Below, in pieces: positions 48,450 through 57,805 of a DNA stretch of 64,000 bases. How positions within the stretch are numbered: position 1 is the first letter of the stretch; each line of letters starts with the position of its first letter. A program made the translations under genes and the position numbers. The stretch covers positions 6,003-70,002 of the forward strand of contig JBOGWP010000159.1 in assembly GCA_050693875.1 (NCBI GenBank), written 5' to 3'. This DNA is from Actinomycetota bacterium. Lineage in GTDB: Bacteria; Actinomycetota; CADDZG01; JAHWKV01; JBOGWP01. A model generated the notes under the pieces. It was not told where the DNA came from. It did not search any database and was given only the letters and a program-made list of their open reading frames with translations.

Positions 48450-50350
48450 CGGAGGCCGGGCCCGCGGCACGGCCGGTCGAGATCCCGAGGATCGACCGGC
48501 CGGACCTGTCGATCCTCATGCTGACGTTCGGCGGATGGGAGTGGGCGCGGCGCAGCCTCGAGGCGGTCGCCGAGCACACGCCGGCTCGCTACGAGGTGGT
48601 GATCGTCGACAATGCGTCGCCCCCCGACACCGTGGCGGCGCTGCGGCGCGATTTGGTCGGTGCGCGCATCGTCTTCAACGATCGCAACGTCGGCTTCGGG
48701 CCGGGGATGAATCTCGCCGCCAGGAACGCCACCGGCCGCACGCTGTGCCTGCTGAACAGCGACTGCCTGGTGGAGCCGGGCTGGCTCGACCCGCTGCTCG
48801 AGGTGCTGGACGCCGATCCACTGGCCGGCGCCGCAGTTCCCCGGCTGCTGAACCTGGACGGTTCGCTACAGGAGGCGGGAGCTGCCGTCTCCTCGGACGG
48901 CTCGACGGTGGCGATTGGGGATGGAGACGATCCCGACGACGATGCCTACGCCTTCCGCCGGTACGTCGAGTACGGCTCAGCCGCATGCCTCGTGATCCGG
49001 CGAGAGCTGTTCCTCGAACTGGGCGGGTTCGACCCCGCCTTCGGGCTCGGCTACTGCGAGGACGTGGACCTCTGCCTTCGCCTCCGCCAACGCGGGCTGC
49101 GGGTGGTCTACGAGCCGGGGTCGCGGGTGGTCCATGCCCGGTGGGGCTCCGCGCCGCGGGAGGAGGCGATCCGGCGGGTCCGCAGGAACACCGAGATCCT
49201 TCGCAGTCGCTGGCGCTCCTCACTGCGGGAGCGGCCCTCGCTCGACGATCCGCTCCGCCGGCCTCCGCGCCTGATGGCTGCCCGTGACGCCGGAACCGTG
49301 CAGCGGATCCTCGTCGCGCATCCCCGACTTCCGCTGGATCGCTGGGGTTCGGCGGATCGGGATCTCGCGGAGGCCCTCCCTGAGATCGCGCGGCTGTGGC
49401 CGGAGAACCGGCTGACCGTGACACTCGACAAGACCGCCCCCGCGATCGCGGAGGAGGAGTCGTGGAGGGCGCTCGGCGTCGAGGTGGCCCGGCCCCGCGA
49501 CTTCGAGGAGGACTGGCTCGCCCTGCGCCTCGGGCACTACGCCGCCTGCATCGTCGCCGATGTGCGGGTGCTCGACGAGCGGCGACGCCTGCTCGCCGAG
49601 ACGCATCCGGGGGCGGCCCGGGTCTGGTGGGCAGGGCGGCCGCAATCGGGCGCGGAAGAGCACACCGATGGGGAGCGCCGCGCGGCGGGCTGGGCCGAGC
49701 TGGTGGTCTGCGCGTCGGATGAGGAACGGGACCGGTGGCGGGCGGTGGCACCCGGGCTTCGGGTCGTGGTCGTCCCGCGAGGGCTGGTGGTGGCCGATCC
49801 GGCCCCCGGATTCGGCGACCGCATCGGCGTGTGCCTCCTGCTTCCCGACGAGCCGCTCTGCACCGACGGGCTGTACGAGGGAGTCGTCAGTGTTCTCGCC
49901 CAGATGCCGGACCTGCCGGTGCAAGCGATAGCACCGGGTTCTGTGGCGCAGGCACGGGTTCCCGTGCCCGTGGTCGCCAACGTCGCCAACCCCCGGCCGT
50001 TCCTGCTGCGCGCGCGGGTCGGCGTGGCGTTTGCTCCCACCCTCGAGACCATCCTGGAGGTCGTCGGGGCGGGGACCCCCTTTCTCGTCGATCACGCCCC
50101 GACTGAGAACGAGTCCGGGCCGGCGGGTGGCGAGCGGGACAACGAGGCGGTGGCGGAGTACGCGCGGGTGCTGCACGCGGATCCTGGGACGTGGGACGTC
50201 CTCCGGGCGGCCCAGCGGGACGCCTGGCAGGAGGTGGCGCCCCAGGACGCCCGGCGGGAGGGCCTGGTCGAGGTGATGGCCGAGCTGGGGGTGCCTCCCC
50301 CCGATCGGCGGAGCCTCCGCGACCCCGCGGGGGCCAAGCTCTCCCGATGA
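48428..50350 (+). CDS. glycosyltransferase family 2 (rhamnosyltransferase-like) with an extra C-terminal domain
   Basis: SILMLTFGGWEW...VVIVDNAS...GFGPGMN...EDVDLCLRLRQRG are GT-A motifs. Confidence 0.7.
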   Translation: MAEKAPVAEAGPAARPVEIPRIDRPDLSILMLTFGGWEWARRSLEAVAEHTPARYEVVIVDNASPPDTVAALRRDLVGARIVFNDRNVGFGPGMNLAARNATGRTLCLLNSDCLVEPGWLDPLLEVLDADPLAGAAVPRLLNLDGSLQEAGAAVSSDGSTVAIGDGDDPDDDAYAFRRYVEYGSAACLVIRRELFLELGGFDPAFGLGYCEDVDLCLRLRQRGLRVVYEPGSRVVHARWGSAPREEAIRRVRRNTEILRSRWRSSLRERPSLDDPLRRPPRLMAARDAGTVQRILVAHPRLPLDRWGSADRDLAEALPEIARLWPENRLTVTLDKTAPAIAEEESWRALGVEVARPRDFEEDWLALRLGHYAACIVADVRVLDERRRLLAETHPGAARVWWAGRPQSGAEEHTDGERRAAGWAELVVCASDEERDRWRAVAPGLRVVVVPRGLVVADPAPGFGDRIGVCLLLPDEPLCTDGLYEGVVSVLAQMPDLPVQAIAPGSVAQARVPVPVVANVANPRPFLLRARVGVAFAPTLETILEVVGAGTPFLVDHAPTENESGPAGGERDNEAVAEYARVLHADPGTWDVLRAAQRDAWQEVAPQDARREGLVEVMAELGVPPPDRRSLRDPAGAKLSR

Positions 50351-50565
50351 TCCTGTGATCCCTTCGCGGCGGACAGCAGCAAGGGAGGACCGCCCGTCCG
50401 CGACAGCCCCGGCCACCGCCGGAGGTGGGCCGGGCATCCCACCACCTCGCCGAAGCGCTCGGCGGTGCTCGGGTTCTTGACGCAAGCGGGCTGAGGGTAT
50501 AAGCAGGGGCGTCCCCGGGGCGGCTCGACGAGGAGCCGTCATGTCTTGAGCGAGGTCGATGCTAC

Positions 50566-51165
50566 GTGCGCGCGGCGGTGTTCCTGGATCGCGACGGGGT
50601 CCTGAACGCGGTGCGCATCGAGGGCGGGATCGCGGGGCCGCCCCGAGACCTAGACGAGCTCCAGATTCCTGAAGACGCTCATGCCTGCCTGGAGCGATTG
50701 AAGAAGGCCGGATACGTGCTCCTGGTCGTGAGCAATCAGCCCGACGTGGCGCGCGGAGACGTCGATCCCGCCGCGGTGTCGCGCATCAACGCCCGGCTGC
50801 GGGAGCGGCTCCCCATCGACGCCGTCTATGTCTGCGTCCATGACAACGCCGACGGGTGCGCGTGCAGGAAGCCCCGACCCGGGATGATTCACTCCGCCGC
50901 CCGCGACTGGCAGGTCGACCTCGGACGCAGCTGGCTCATTGGCGATCGCTGGACCGACATCGCCGCCGCGGATGCGGCCGGCGTCGACGGGATCCTCATC
51001 GAGTCCGCCCACAGCTGGCGGCCGACGAGCATTGGGGGGCCGCCCCCGGGACTTCGGCCGCGCTTCACCGGATCGTCTCTGCGCGACTGCATCGACTTCA
51101 TCTTCGAGGCGCCCGACTGCGGCTCGCCTCGGGCGCCGGCCCTCGGCGGTTCGCCGCGTCCATGA
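50566..51165 (+). CDS. gmhB: D-glycero-D-manno-heptose 1,7-bisphosphate phosphatase (HAD-IIIA)
   Basis: VFLDRDGVLN (the DxDGT/V motif), VVSNQP, and a Cys cluster CVHDNADGCACRKP typical of GmhB. GTG start. Confidence 0.7.
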   Translation: MRAAVFLDRDGVLNAVRIEGGIAGPPRDLDELQIPEDAHACLERLKKAGYVLLVVSNQPDVARGDVDPAAVSRINARLRERLPIDAVYVCVHDNADGCACRKPRPGMIHSAARDWQVDLGRSWLIGDRWTDIAAADAAGVDGILIESAHSWRPTSIGGPPPGLRPRFTGSSLRDCIDFIFEAPDCGSPRAPALGGSPRP

Positions 51166-51253
51166 CAAGGCTCGCCAAAGGCGGCAACGTTTTCTCCGTC
51201 GTCTCGCGTCCGATAGGCTCTCGCCGGGGGTTGCTTGGTGAGGAGGAATTGGG

Positions 51254-51925
51254 ATGAAGATCTTCGTCGACAGTGCCAACCTTGCCGATATCGAGTCGGC
51301 ACTCGAGCGCGGCTTTCCCTCCGGCATCACCACCAATCCCTCCATCCTGGCGAAGGAGGAGCGCCGCGACTATCGGGAGCACATTCGCGACATCATCCGC
51401 CTCGTCCAGAAGTTCGGCCGGGCCCTTCCCCTCTCGGTGGAGGTGTTCACCACCGACCCCTCCGAGATGATCCGCCAGGCGGACGAGTTCGTTGCCGAGT
51501 TCGGGGATTATCCCGAGCTGACGGTCAAGGTGCCGATCGGATGGGAGGAGCTGCGCGTGATCAGCGCCCTGACCGACCGGGGCGTCGCCGTGAACGCAAC
51601 CTGCGGGATGTCGTTCAACCAGGCTGTCATGGCGCTCAACGCCGGCGCGCGCTACATGAGCCTTTTCTGGGGGCGCATCCGCGACACCGGGTACGACGCC
51701 GGCTCGGTCGTGTCGCAGGTCCGGCGTGCGATGGAGCGGAGCGGGTCGTCGGCGGAGATCATCGTGGGATCGATTCGCCACATCATGGACGTCAACGAGG
51801 CGATCGAAGCGGGCGCGCACATCGTGACGGTGCCACCGATCTTCTTCGAGAGGATGTGCAGCCATCCCAAGACCGACGAGGTGGTGCACCAGTTCGTGAC
51901 CGAGTTCGCGGCTTGGATGTCCTGA
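51254..51925 (+). CDS. transaldolase/fructose-6-phosphate aldolase family (TalC/Fsa type)
   Basis: MKIFVDSANLADIE...GITTNPS...TVKVP (Schiff-base Lys context). Confidence 0.8.
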   Translation: MKIFVDSANLADIESALERGFPSGITTNPSILAKEERRDYREHIRDIIRLVQKFGRALPLSVEVFTTDPSEMIRQADEFVAEFGDYPELTVKVPIGWEELRVISALTDRGVAVNATCGMSFNQAVMALNAGARYMSLFWGRIRDTGYDAGSVVSQVRRAMERSGSSAEIIVGSIRHIMDVNEAIEAGAHIVTVPPIFFERMCSHPKTDEVVHQFVTEFAAWMS

Positions 51926-51990
51926 AGGGGACGGCCGCAGTTCCTGAACCAGGAGCGAGCGGGGCGGGCCTCGGGAGAGGTGAGCCCGCG

Positions 51991-53274
51991 AGACGCGTCG
52001 CGGTTTGGGGAGCATGGCACCTCGGGGCGGTTGTCGGTGCGGGGCTGGCGAGCCTGGGCCACCAGGTGACGCTCACCGACCTGGATGACGAGGTCGTGAC
52101 GAAGCTTCGATCCGGAAGGCCGGCCGTGCACGAGCCGGGCCTCGAGGATCTCCTGCGAGAGCAGCGATCCGCCGGGCGACTGGAGGTGGCGGGCTTCGCC
52201 GACCCGTCGCTCGGTGGCGCCGAGTACACCGTGATCGCGCTGGACGTGGCCATCGACGATGAGGACCGAGCGGTGCTCGACGGGGTACACGATCTCGCCG
52301 ACGCGATCACCCATGTGGTCACCGGAGAGACCTTGCTCGTCGTCATGAGCCAGGTTCCGGTTGGGACGAGCGATTGGCTCGCCGAGCGGGTGGCCGCCGG
52401 CAGCGGGGCGAGCGTCTTCGTTGCCCATGTCCCCGAGAACCTGCGGCTGGGAAGCGCGCTCGCCACGTTCTTCCGCCCAGACCGCATCGTCGTCGGAGCC
52501 GACGACGACCGGACCCTGCGACGCGTCTCGGAGCTGTTCGCCGGGCTGCACTGCCCAGTGGTGAGCATGAGCGTGCGCAGCGCAGAGATGGCGAAGCACG
52601 CCCTCAATGCTTACCTTGCGACCTGTATCAGCTTCATCGGCGAGGTGTCGGAGCTCTGTGAACAGGTGGGGGCAGATGCGATCGATGTGGCGGCAGCGAT
52701 GCGCCTCGACCGACGCGTCAGCCCACATGCTCCGCTTGCCCCCGGCCTGGGATACGCCGGAGGGACGCTCGGGCGCGACGTCCAGTCGCTGCGCCGCCTG
52801 GGGAGTGACAACGGGGTTGCGACGGAGCTCATGGACGCGGTCATGTCGGTGAACCGTCGCAGGATCGTCACGCTGGCCGAGAAGGTGGCGAGCGCCGCCG
52901 CCGATGGGAGCAAAGCTGTGGCCCTCCTGGGCCTGACCTACAAGCCGGGAACCGATACCCTTCGAAGGAGCCAGAGCCTCGAGCTCGCCCGCCTGCTCGT
53001 CGACAACGGCATGTCCGTGCGTGGCCACGATCCGATGATCGGCTCCCAACCGTCGTCGAAGCTCGGCTTTCCCGTCTTTGGCGAACCCTATGAGGCTGCA
53101 GCAGGGGCGGAGGTCGCGGTATTGATGACCGAGTGGCCCGAGTACCGGCAGCTCGATCTCCACCGTCTTGCATCCCTGATGGCCCGACCCGTTCTCATCG
53201 ATCCGGGCGGGTTCCTCGACGAAGCGGCGGCCCGGGCCGCCGGCTTTCGTCGGCGTGTCCTGGGCAGGGCGTAA
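51991..53274 (+). CDS. UDP-glucose/GDP-mannose dehydrogenase-family protein (start unresolved)
   Basis: RVAVWGAWHLGAVVGAGLASLGHQV aligns with the N-terminus of the Ugd family, and the C-terminal domain is conserved. There is no canonical in-frame start before RRVAV, and an ATG lies in the +1 frame, so the start uses a non-canonical codon or has an indel. Confidence 0.65.
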   Translation, partial: RRVAVWGAWHLGAVVGAGLASLGHQVTLTDLDDEVVTKLRSGRPAVHEPGLEDLLREQRSAGRLEVAGFADPSLGGAEYTVIALDVAIDDEDRAVLDGVHDLADAITHVVTGETLLVVMSQVPVGTSDWLAERVAAGSGASVFVAHVPENLRLGSALATFFRPDRIVVGADDDRTLRRVSELFAGLHCPVVSMSVRSAEMAKHALNAYLATCISFIGEVSELCEQVGADAIDVAAAMRLDRRVSPHAPLAPGLGYAGGTLGRDVQSLRRLGSDNGVATELMDAVMSVNRRRIVTLAEKVASAAADGSKAVALLGLTYKPGTDTLRRSQSLELARLLVDNGMSVRGHDPMIGSQPSSKLGFPVFGEPYEAAAGAEVAVLMTEWPEYRQLDLHRLASLMARPVLIDPGGFLDEAAARAAGFRRRVLGRA

Positions 53275-53290
53275 GCCCGGCGGTGGACTG

Positions 53291-54151
53291 ATGCGGCTTC
53301 GAGGGCGCACCTGCGTGGTGACCGGGGGAGGGAGGGGCATCGGCCGGGCCATCGCGGAGGCTTTGGCGGGCGAGGGGGCCAACCTCGCCCTGTGCGCGAG
53401 ATCCGCGGATGAGTTGGAGGCGACGGAGCGCCTGCTGCGCAGCCGGCACGGCGTCGGGACCCTGAGCCGGACGGTCGACGTCTCCGATGAAGCAGCTGTT
53501 CGTCGTTTTGCGGACGAGGTCCTCGCGCAATTCTCGCGGGTCGACCTGCTCGTGAACAATGCCGGGACATACGGGCCGGTCGGCCCTCTGACCGAGGTCG
53601 ACATCGCGGGGTGGGTCGGGTCGGTATCGGTGAACCTCTTCGGTGTCGTCCATGCGATCCGGGCGTTCGCGCCGGCGATGATCCGGCGGGGGGAAGGGCG
53701 GATCATCAACGTCGCCGGTGGAGGTGTGGGGGGACCGAACCCGCCGATCAATGTGAGCAGCTACACCTCCTCGAAAGCTGCCGTGGCCTGCCTGACCGAG
53801 ACGATTTCGCGCGAGCTGGCCGCGTACGGGATCGCGGTGAACGCCCTGGCTCCCGGAGCCGTCGGCACTCGATTGATCGATTCGGTCATCGAGGCGGGCC
53901 CGGAGCTGGCCGGGACCGAGCTTTACGAGCGCACCGTCGAGCAGCGCGCCTGCGGCGAACCGATCGAGCGGGTCGGGGAGGCGGCCGTCTTGCTGGCGCT
54001 GGCCCCGACGCCGCGTCTCACCGGAAAGCTCCTCAGCGTGAAGTGGGACGATCTCGAGCGTGTCGTGCAGGAGGGCGAGAGTCTCAACCGGACCTCGATG
54101 TACGCCCTGCGACGGATCGATGGCGTCCTCTTCGCGGAACAGCCGCACTGA
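53291..54151 (+). CDS. short-chain dehydrogenase/reductase (SDR)
   Basis: TCVVTGGGRGIGRAIA, NNAG, and YTSSKAA (the YxxxK motif). Confidence 0.8.
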   Translation: MRLRGRTCVVTGGGRGIGRAIAEALAGEGANLALCARSADELEATERLLRSRHGVGTLSRTVDVSDEAAVRRFADEVLAQFSRVDLLVNNAGTYGPVGPLTEVDIAGWVGSVSVNLFGVVHAIRAFAPAMIRRGEGRIINVAGGGVGGPNPPINVSSYTSSKAAVACLTETISRELAAYGIAVNALAPGAVGTRLIDSVIEAGPELAGTELYERTVEQRACGEPIERVGEAAVLLALAPTPRLTGKLLSVKWDDLERVVQEGESLNRTSMYALRRIDGVLFAEQPH

Positions 54152-54157
54152 TCGACG

Positions 54158-55117
54158 GTGAGGATCGTCGTCACCGGTGTCGCCGGATTCATCGGCTCGA
54201 ACCTCGCCGATGCCCTCCTCGCCCGGGGAGACGAGGTGGTTGGGCTCGACAACTTCTCCACCGGAACGATGCGCTTCCTCGAGCGGGCGCGAGGATCGGC
54301 GAAGTTCGAGCTGGTCGAGGTGGACCTCTACGAACGGCCTCAGGTGCTCGCCGACGTGTGCCGCGGGTCCGACGCGGTCTTCCACCTCGCCGCCAATGCC
54401 GACGTTCGCTTTGGGTGGGAGGCCACGGACCGGGACATCAAGCAGAACGTCCTCGTCACCCGCCATGTGCTGGAGGCCACCCGTGCCTCGGGCGTCCCCA
54501 GACTGCTGTTCTCGTCAACCGGGTCCGTCTATGGAGAAGCGCCGGTGATTCCCACGCCCGAGGACTGCCCCTTCCCGGCGCAGACCTCTCTGTACGGAGC
54601 GTCGAAGCTGGCCGCGGAGGGCCTGATTTCGGCGTATGCCGAGGCCGGCGTGGTGTCCGCGACCGTGTTCCGGTTCGTGTCCATCCTGGGTCCGCGGTAC
54701 ACGCACGGCCACGTGGTCGATTTCGTGGCTCAGCTCCGACGCGATCCGACGACCCTGCGCGTCCTCGGGGACGGACGGCAGCGGAAGAGCTATCTCGACG
54801 TGACCGACTGCGTCGCCGCGATGCTCTTGCTCCTGGAGGCGGATCACCGCTACGAGGTGTACAACCTCGGCGTCGATGCGTACTGCACGGTCGACGAATC
54901 CGCAGGGTGGATCGCCGAGCGCCTGGGAGTTACCCCCGTCCTCCGGCACACGGGGGGCGACCGCGGTTGGGTGGGCGACAACCCCTTCATCTATCTCTCG
55001 ACGAATAAGATGCGCAGCGCCGGCTGGTCGCCCGCCTACACCATTCGTGACGCCGTGGAGCGGACCGTCGACTATCTCCTGCAGAACGAGTGGGTTCTCG
55101 AAAGGGCAGTGGTCTGA
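54158..55117 (+). CDS. NAD-dependent sugar epimerase/dehydratase (UDP-glucose 4-epimerase family)
   Basis: IVVTGVAGFIGSNLADAL and YGASKLAAE. GTG start. Confidence 0.8.
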   Translation: MRIVVTGVAGFIGSNLADALLARGDEVVGLDNFSTGTMRFLERARGSAKFELVEVDLYERPQVLADVCRGSDAVFHLAANADVRFGWEATDRDIKQNVLVTRHVLEATRASGVPRLLFSSTGSVYGEAPVIPTPEDCPFPAQTSLYGASKLAAEGLISAYAEAGVVSATVFRFVSILGPRYTHGHVVDFVAQLRRDPTTLRVLGDGRQRKSYLDVTDCVAAMLLLLEADHRYEVYNLGVDAYCTVDESAGWIAERLGVTPVLRHTGGDRGWVGDNPFIYLSTNKMRSAGWSPAYTIRDAVERTVDYLLQNEWVLERAVV

Positions 55118-56101
55118 GTGGCCATCGGGGTGGCGGTGATCGGGTGCGGGCTCATCGGGAACAAGCGCATTGCCGCGCTTCCGCAGGGGACGCGGCTCGT
55201 GAGCGTAACGGACCTCGACCGCTCCCGCGCCGAGAAAGCCGCCGCCCTGGTGCCCTACGAGGTGCAGGTCGCCGATTCCGCGGAAGAGGCGGTTGCGGCC
55301 GACGGCGCCGACCTCGCCGTCGTGGCGGTGGTCCACGCCGACCTCGCCGCCGCCACGCTTGTGGCGCTCGAGGCGGGGTGCCACGTGCTCGTGGAGAAGC
55401 CCGGGGGCCGTGCGCTCGAGGATCTGGAGGTCATCCAGGAAGGAGCGGCCCGCTCGCGGCGCCGGGTGCGGGTGGGCTTCAATCATCGCTTCCATCCCGG
55501 AGTGCTCAAGGCTCGGGAGCTGCTTCGTGGAGACGATGCGGGGGAGTTGATCTACGTTCGAGCGAGATACGGGCACGGCGGCAGGCCAGGCTATGAGTCG
55601 GAGTGGAGGAGCAACAGGGAGGTCTCGGGAGGAGGGGAGCTGCTCGACCAGGGAATGCACCTGATCGATCTCACCCGCTTTCTGATCGGCGACGTCGACC
55701 TGGCCTTCGTCGAGCTCCGAACCGACTTCTGGAAGACCTTGGTGGAGGACAACGCCTACCTTGCCCTCCGTCCCCGCGCCGGAGGTTTCGCCTGGCTGCA
55801 CACCTCGTGGACCGAATGGAAGAACATCTTCTCGCTCGAGATCGCTCACGCGCGGAGAAAGATCGAGATGTTCGGGCTGGGGGGGAGCTACGGGACCGAA
55901 CGCCTGACCTGCTACCAGATGCTTCCCGAGATGGGACCTCCCGCGACCACCGCCTGGGAGTGGCCGCAGCCAGACCGGTCATGGGCCCGCGAGCTGGAGG
56001 ATTTCATCTCGACGCTTCGGGACGGGACCGAGGGGATCGGGGCGGAGCCAGCGGACGCGGCCGCGGCGTTCGCCATCGTCGAGGAGGCCTACGAGACATG
56101 A
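55118..56101 (+). CDS. Gfo/Idh/MocA-family NAD(P)-dependent oxidoreductase
   Basis: VAVIGCGLIGNKR and the EKP motif (HVLVEKP). Confidence 0.8.
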   Translation: MAIGVAVIGCGLIGNKRIAALPQGTRLVSVTDLDRSRAEKAAALVPYEVQVADSAEEAVAADGADLAVVAVVHADLAAATLVALEAGCHVLVEKPGGRALEDLEVIQEGAARSRRRVRVGFNHRFHPGVLKARELLRGDDAGELIYVRARYGHGGRPGYESEWRSNREVSGGGELLDQGMHLIDLTRFLIGDVDLAFVELRTDFWKTLVEDNAYLALRPRAGGFAWLHTSWTEWKNIFSLEIAHARRKIEMFGLGGSYGTERLTCYQMLPEMGPPATTAWEWPQPDRSWARELEDFISTLRDGTEGIGAEPADAAAAFAIVEEAYET

Positions 56102-57078
56102 TCATCGCGAGGACGCCGCTCCGCATCTCGCTCGGCGGTGGGGGGACGGACCTTCCCTCCTACTACCGGTCGGCAGGTGACGGATTTCTCGTTGCCGCCG
56201 CGATCACCAAGTACATCTACATCGCGATCAACCAGAACTTCGACGACGACATCCTGCTCAAGTACTCGGCGATCGAGCGCGTGAAGGAGGTGGACGACGT
56301 CCGGCACCCGCTGTTTCGAGAGGCCCTCCGGCTGACGCGCACGCGAAACAGGGTGGAGATCTCGTCGATGGCCGACATTCCGGCAAATACCGGGTTGGGC
56401 TCGTCGGGCAGCTTCACCGTCGGCCTGCTCAAGGCTCTCCATGCCTACCAGCACTCGGTCGTCTCGAATGCGCAGCTCGCGGAGCAGGCGTGTCACATAG
56501 AGATCGACAGGCTCGGAGAGCCGGTCGGCAAGCAGGACCAGTTCATCGCGGCGATGGGAGGCGTCACCGCATTCGAGTTCCGAGAGGACGACTCGGTCGA
56601 GATCTCGCCGGTGCCGATGGCGCAGTCCACGCGGGACCGGCTCGAGGAGAACCTTCACCTCTTCTACACCGGGATGACGCGCTCGGCCGGATACATCCTC
56701 GCCGATCAGGACCAGAAGTCGAAGGCAAGCGACGCCGGAACCAAGGACAACCTCGACCAGGTGAAGCGCATCGGGCGTGAGAGCTTCGACGCGCTCCGGG
56801 ACGGCAACCTCAAGTGGTTCTCTGCCCTGATGTCCGAACAGTGGGAGCTCAAGAGGGCGCGCTCGCCGAGTGCGACCAACCGCCAGATCGACGAGTGGAT
56901 CCGAACGGGTCTGGAAGCAGGAGCCGAGGGCGGGAAGCTGGTCGGTGCAGGTGGGGGCGGATTCCTCCTCTTCTACTCGGAGCACAAGGCGGACCTTCGT
57001 GAAGCGATGTCCGCCCTCGGGCTCCCGGAGGTGCGGTTCCGCTTCGACTACGAGGGAACGAAGCTGGTGGTGAGCTGA
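56098..57078 (+). CDS. hddA: GHMP kinase, D-glycero-alpha-D-manno-heptose 7-phosphate kinase-like
   Basis: ATG overlaps the upstream stop (ATGA). MIIARTPLRISLGGGGTDLPSYY has the HddA N-terminus, and the GHMP motif PANTGLGSSGS is present. Confidence 0.7.
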   Translation: MIIARTPLRISLGGGGTDLPSYYRSAGDGFLVAAAITKYIYIAINQNFDDDILLKYSAIERVKEVDDVRHPLFREALRLTRTRNRVEISSMADIPANTGLGSSGSFTVGLLKALHAYQHSVVSNAQLAEQACHIEIDRLGEPVGKQDQFIAAMGGVTAFEFREDDSVEISPVPMAQSTRDRLEENLHLFYTGMTRSAGYILADQDQKSKASDAGTKDNLDQVKRIGRESFDALRDGNLKWFSALMSEQWELKRARSPSATNRQIDEWIRTGLEAGAEGGKLVGAGGGGFLLFYSEHKADLREAMSALGLPEVRFRFDYEGTKLVVS

Positions 57079-57080
57079 GC

Positions 57081-57785
57081 TTGTACCCCGTTGCCGTGCT
57101 CGCCGGGGGGGTGGGAAGCAGAATCGCGCCGATCAACGACAGCGACCTCCCCAAGGTGCTCCTTCCCGTTGCCGGTCGGCCCTTCATCGACTACAAGCTG
57201 ACCACCCTGGCTGCGGCGGGGGTCGACCGCGTCGTACTGCTGGTGGGCCACCGGTCGGAGCTCGTCGAGCGCCACGTCGGAACGGGAAGTCGCTACTCCC
57301 TTTCCGTGACCTACGCGTTCGACGGCCCGCAGCTTCTCGGCACGGGCGGCGCGCTGCGACGGGCCCTGACCCAGCTCGGCGAGATCTTCTGGGTGACCTA
57401 TGGAGATACCTTGCTGACGGTGCCGATGAAGGAGGTCGAGGAGAGCTACCGGGCGAGCGGATTGAGAGCGCTCATGACCGTCCTCCACAACCGCGATCGC
57501 TGGGACCGGAGCAACGTCGCCGTCGCCGACGGGATGGTCGTTGAGTACCGGAAGGGGAGCGCGCTCGGCACGTTCGAACACATCGACTACGGGATGAGCA
57601 TCTTGCCGATCGCCGCCTTCGAGGCCTTTCCGCCCGATCGGGCCTTCGATCTGGAGGAGGTCCTCTCGGGTCTCGTCGCGGCGCGAGAGCTCGCTGCATT
57701 CGAGGTCCAGGAGCGCTTCTACGAGATCGGGACGCCGGAGAGCTACGCGGAGACCGTTGCGTTCTTCTCGACCACCATGCGCTAG
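57081..57785 (+). CDS. hddC: sugar-1-phosphate nucleotidyltransferase (D-glycero-alpha-D-manno-heptose 1-phosphate guanylyltransferase-like)
   Basis: AVLAGGVGSRIAP...LLPVAGRPFIDY is the nucleotidyltransferase fold. Directly follows hddA. TTG start. Confidence 0.65.
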   Translation: MYPVAVLAGGVGSRIAPINDSDLPKVLLPVAGRPFIDYKLTTLAAAGVDRVVLLVGHRSELVERHVGTGSRYSLSVTYAFDGPQLLGTGGALRRALTQLGEIFWVTYGDTLLTVPMKEVEESYRASGLRALMTVLHNRDRWDRSNVAVADGMVVEYRKGSALGTFEHIDYGMSILPIAAFEAFPPDRAFDLEEVLSGLVAARELAAFEVQERFYEIGTPESYAETVAFFSTTMR

Positions 57786-57805
57786 TCACCGGGATTCCTA
57801 TTGAG

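Noticed and set aside
51235-51990. 5' portion of the 679-aa ORF 51235-53274
   Set aside because: It overlaps the transaldolase/FSA gene (51254-51925) in another frame. The dehydrogenase similarity begins only at about 51991.
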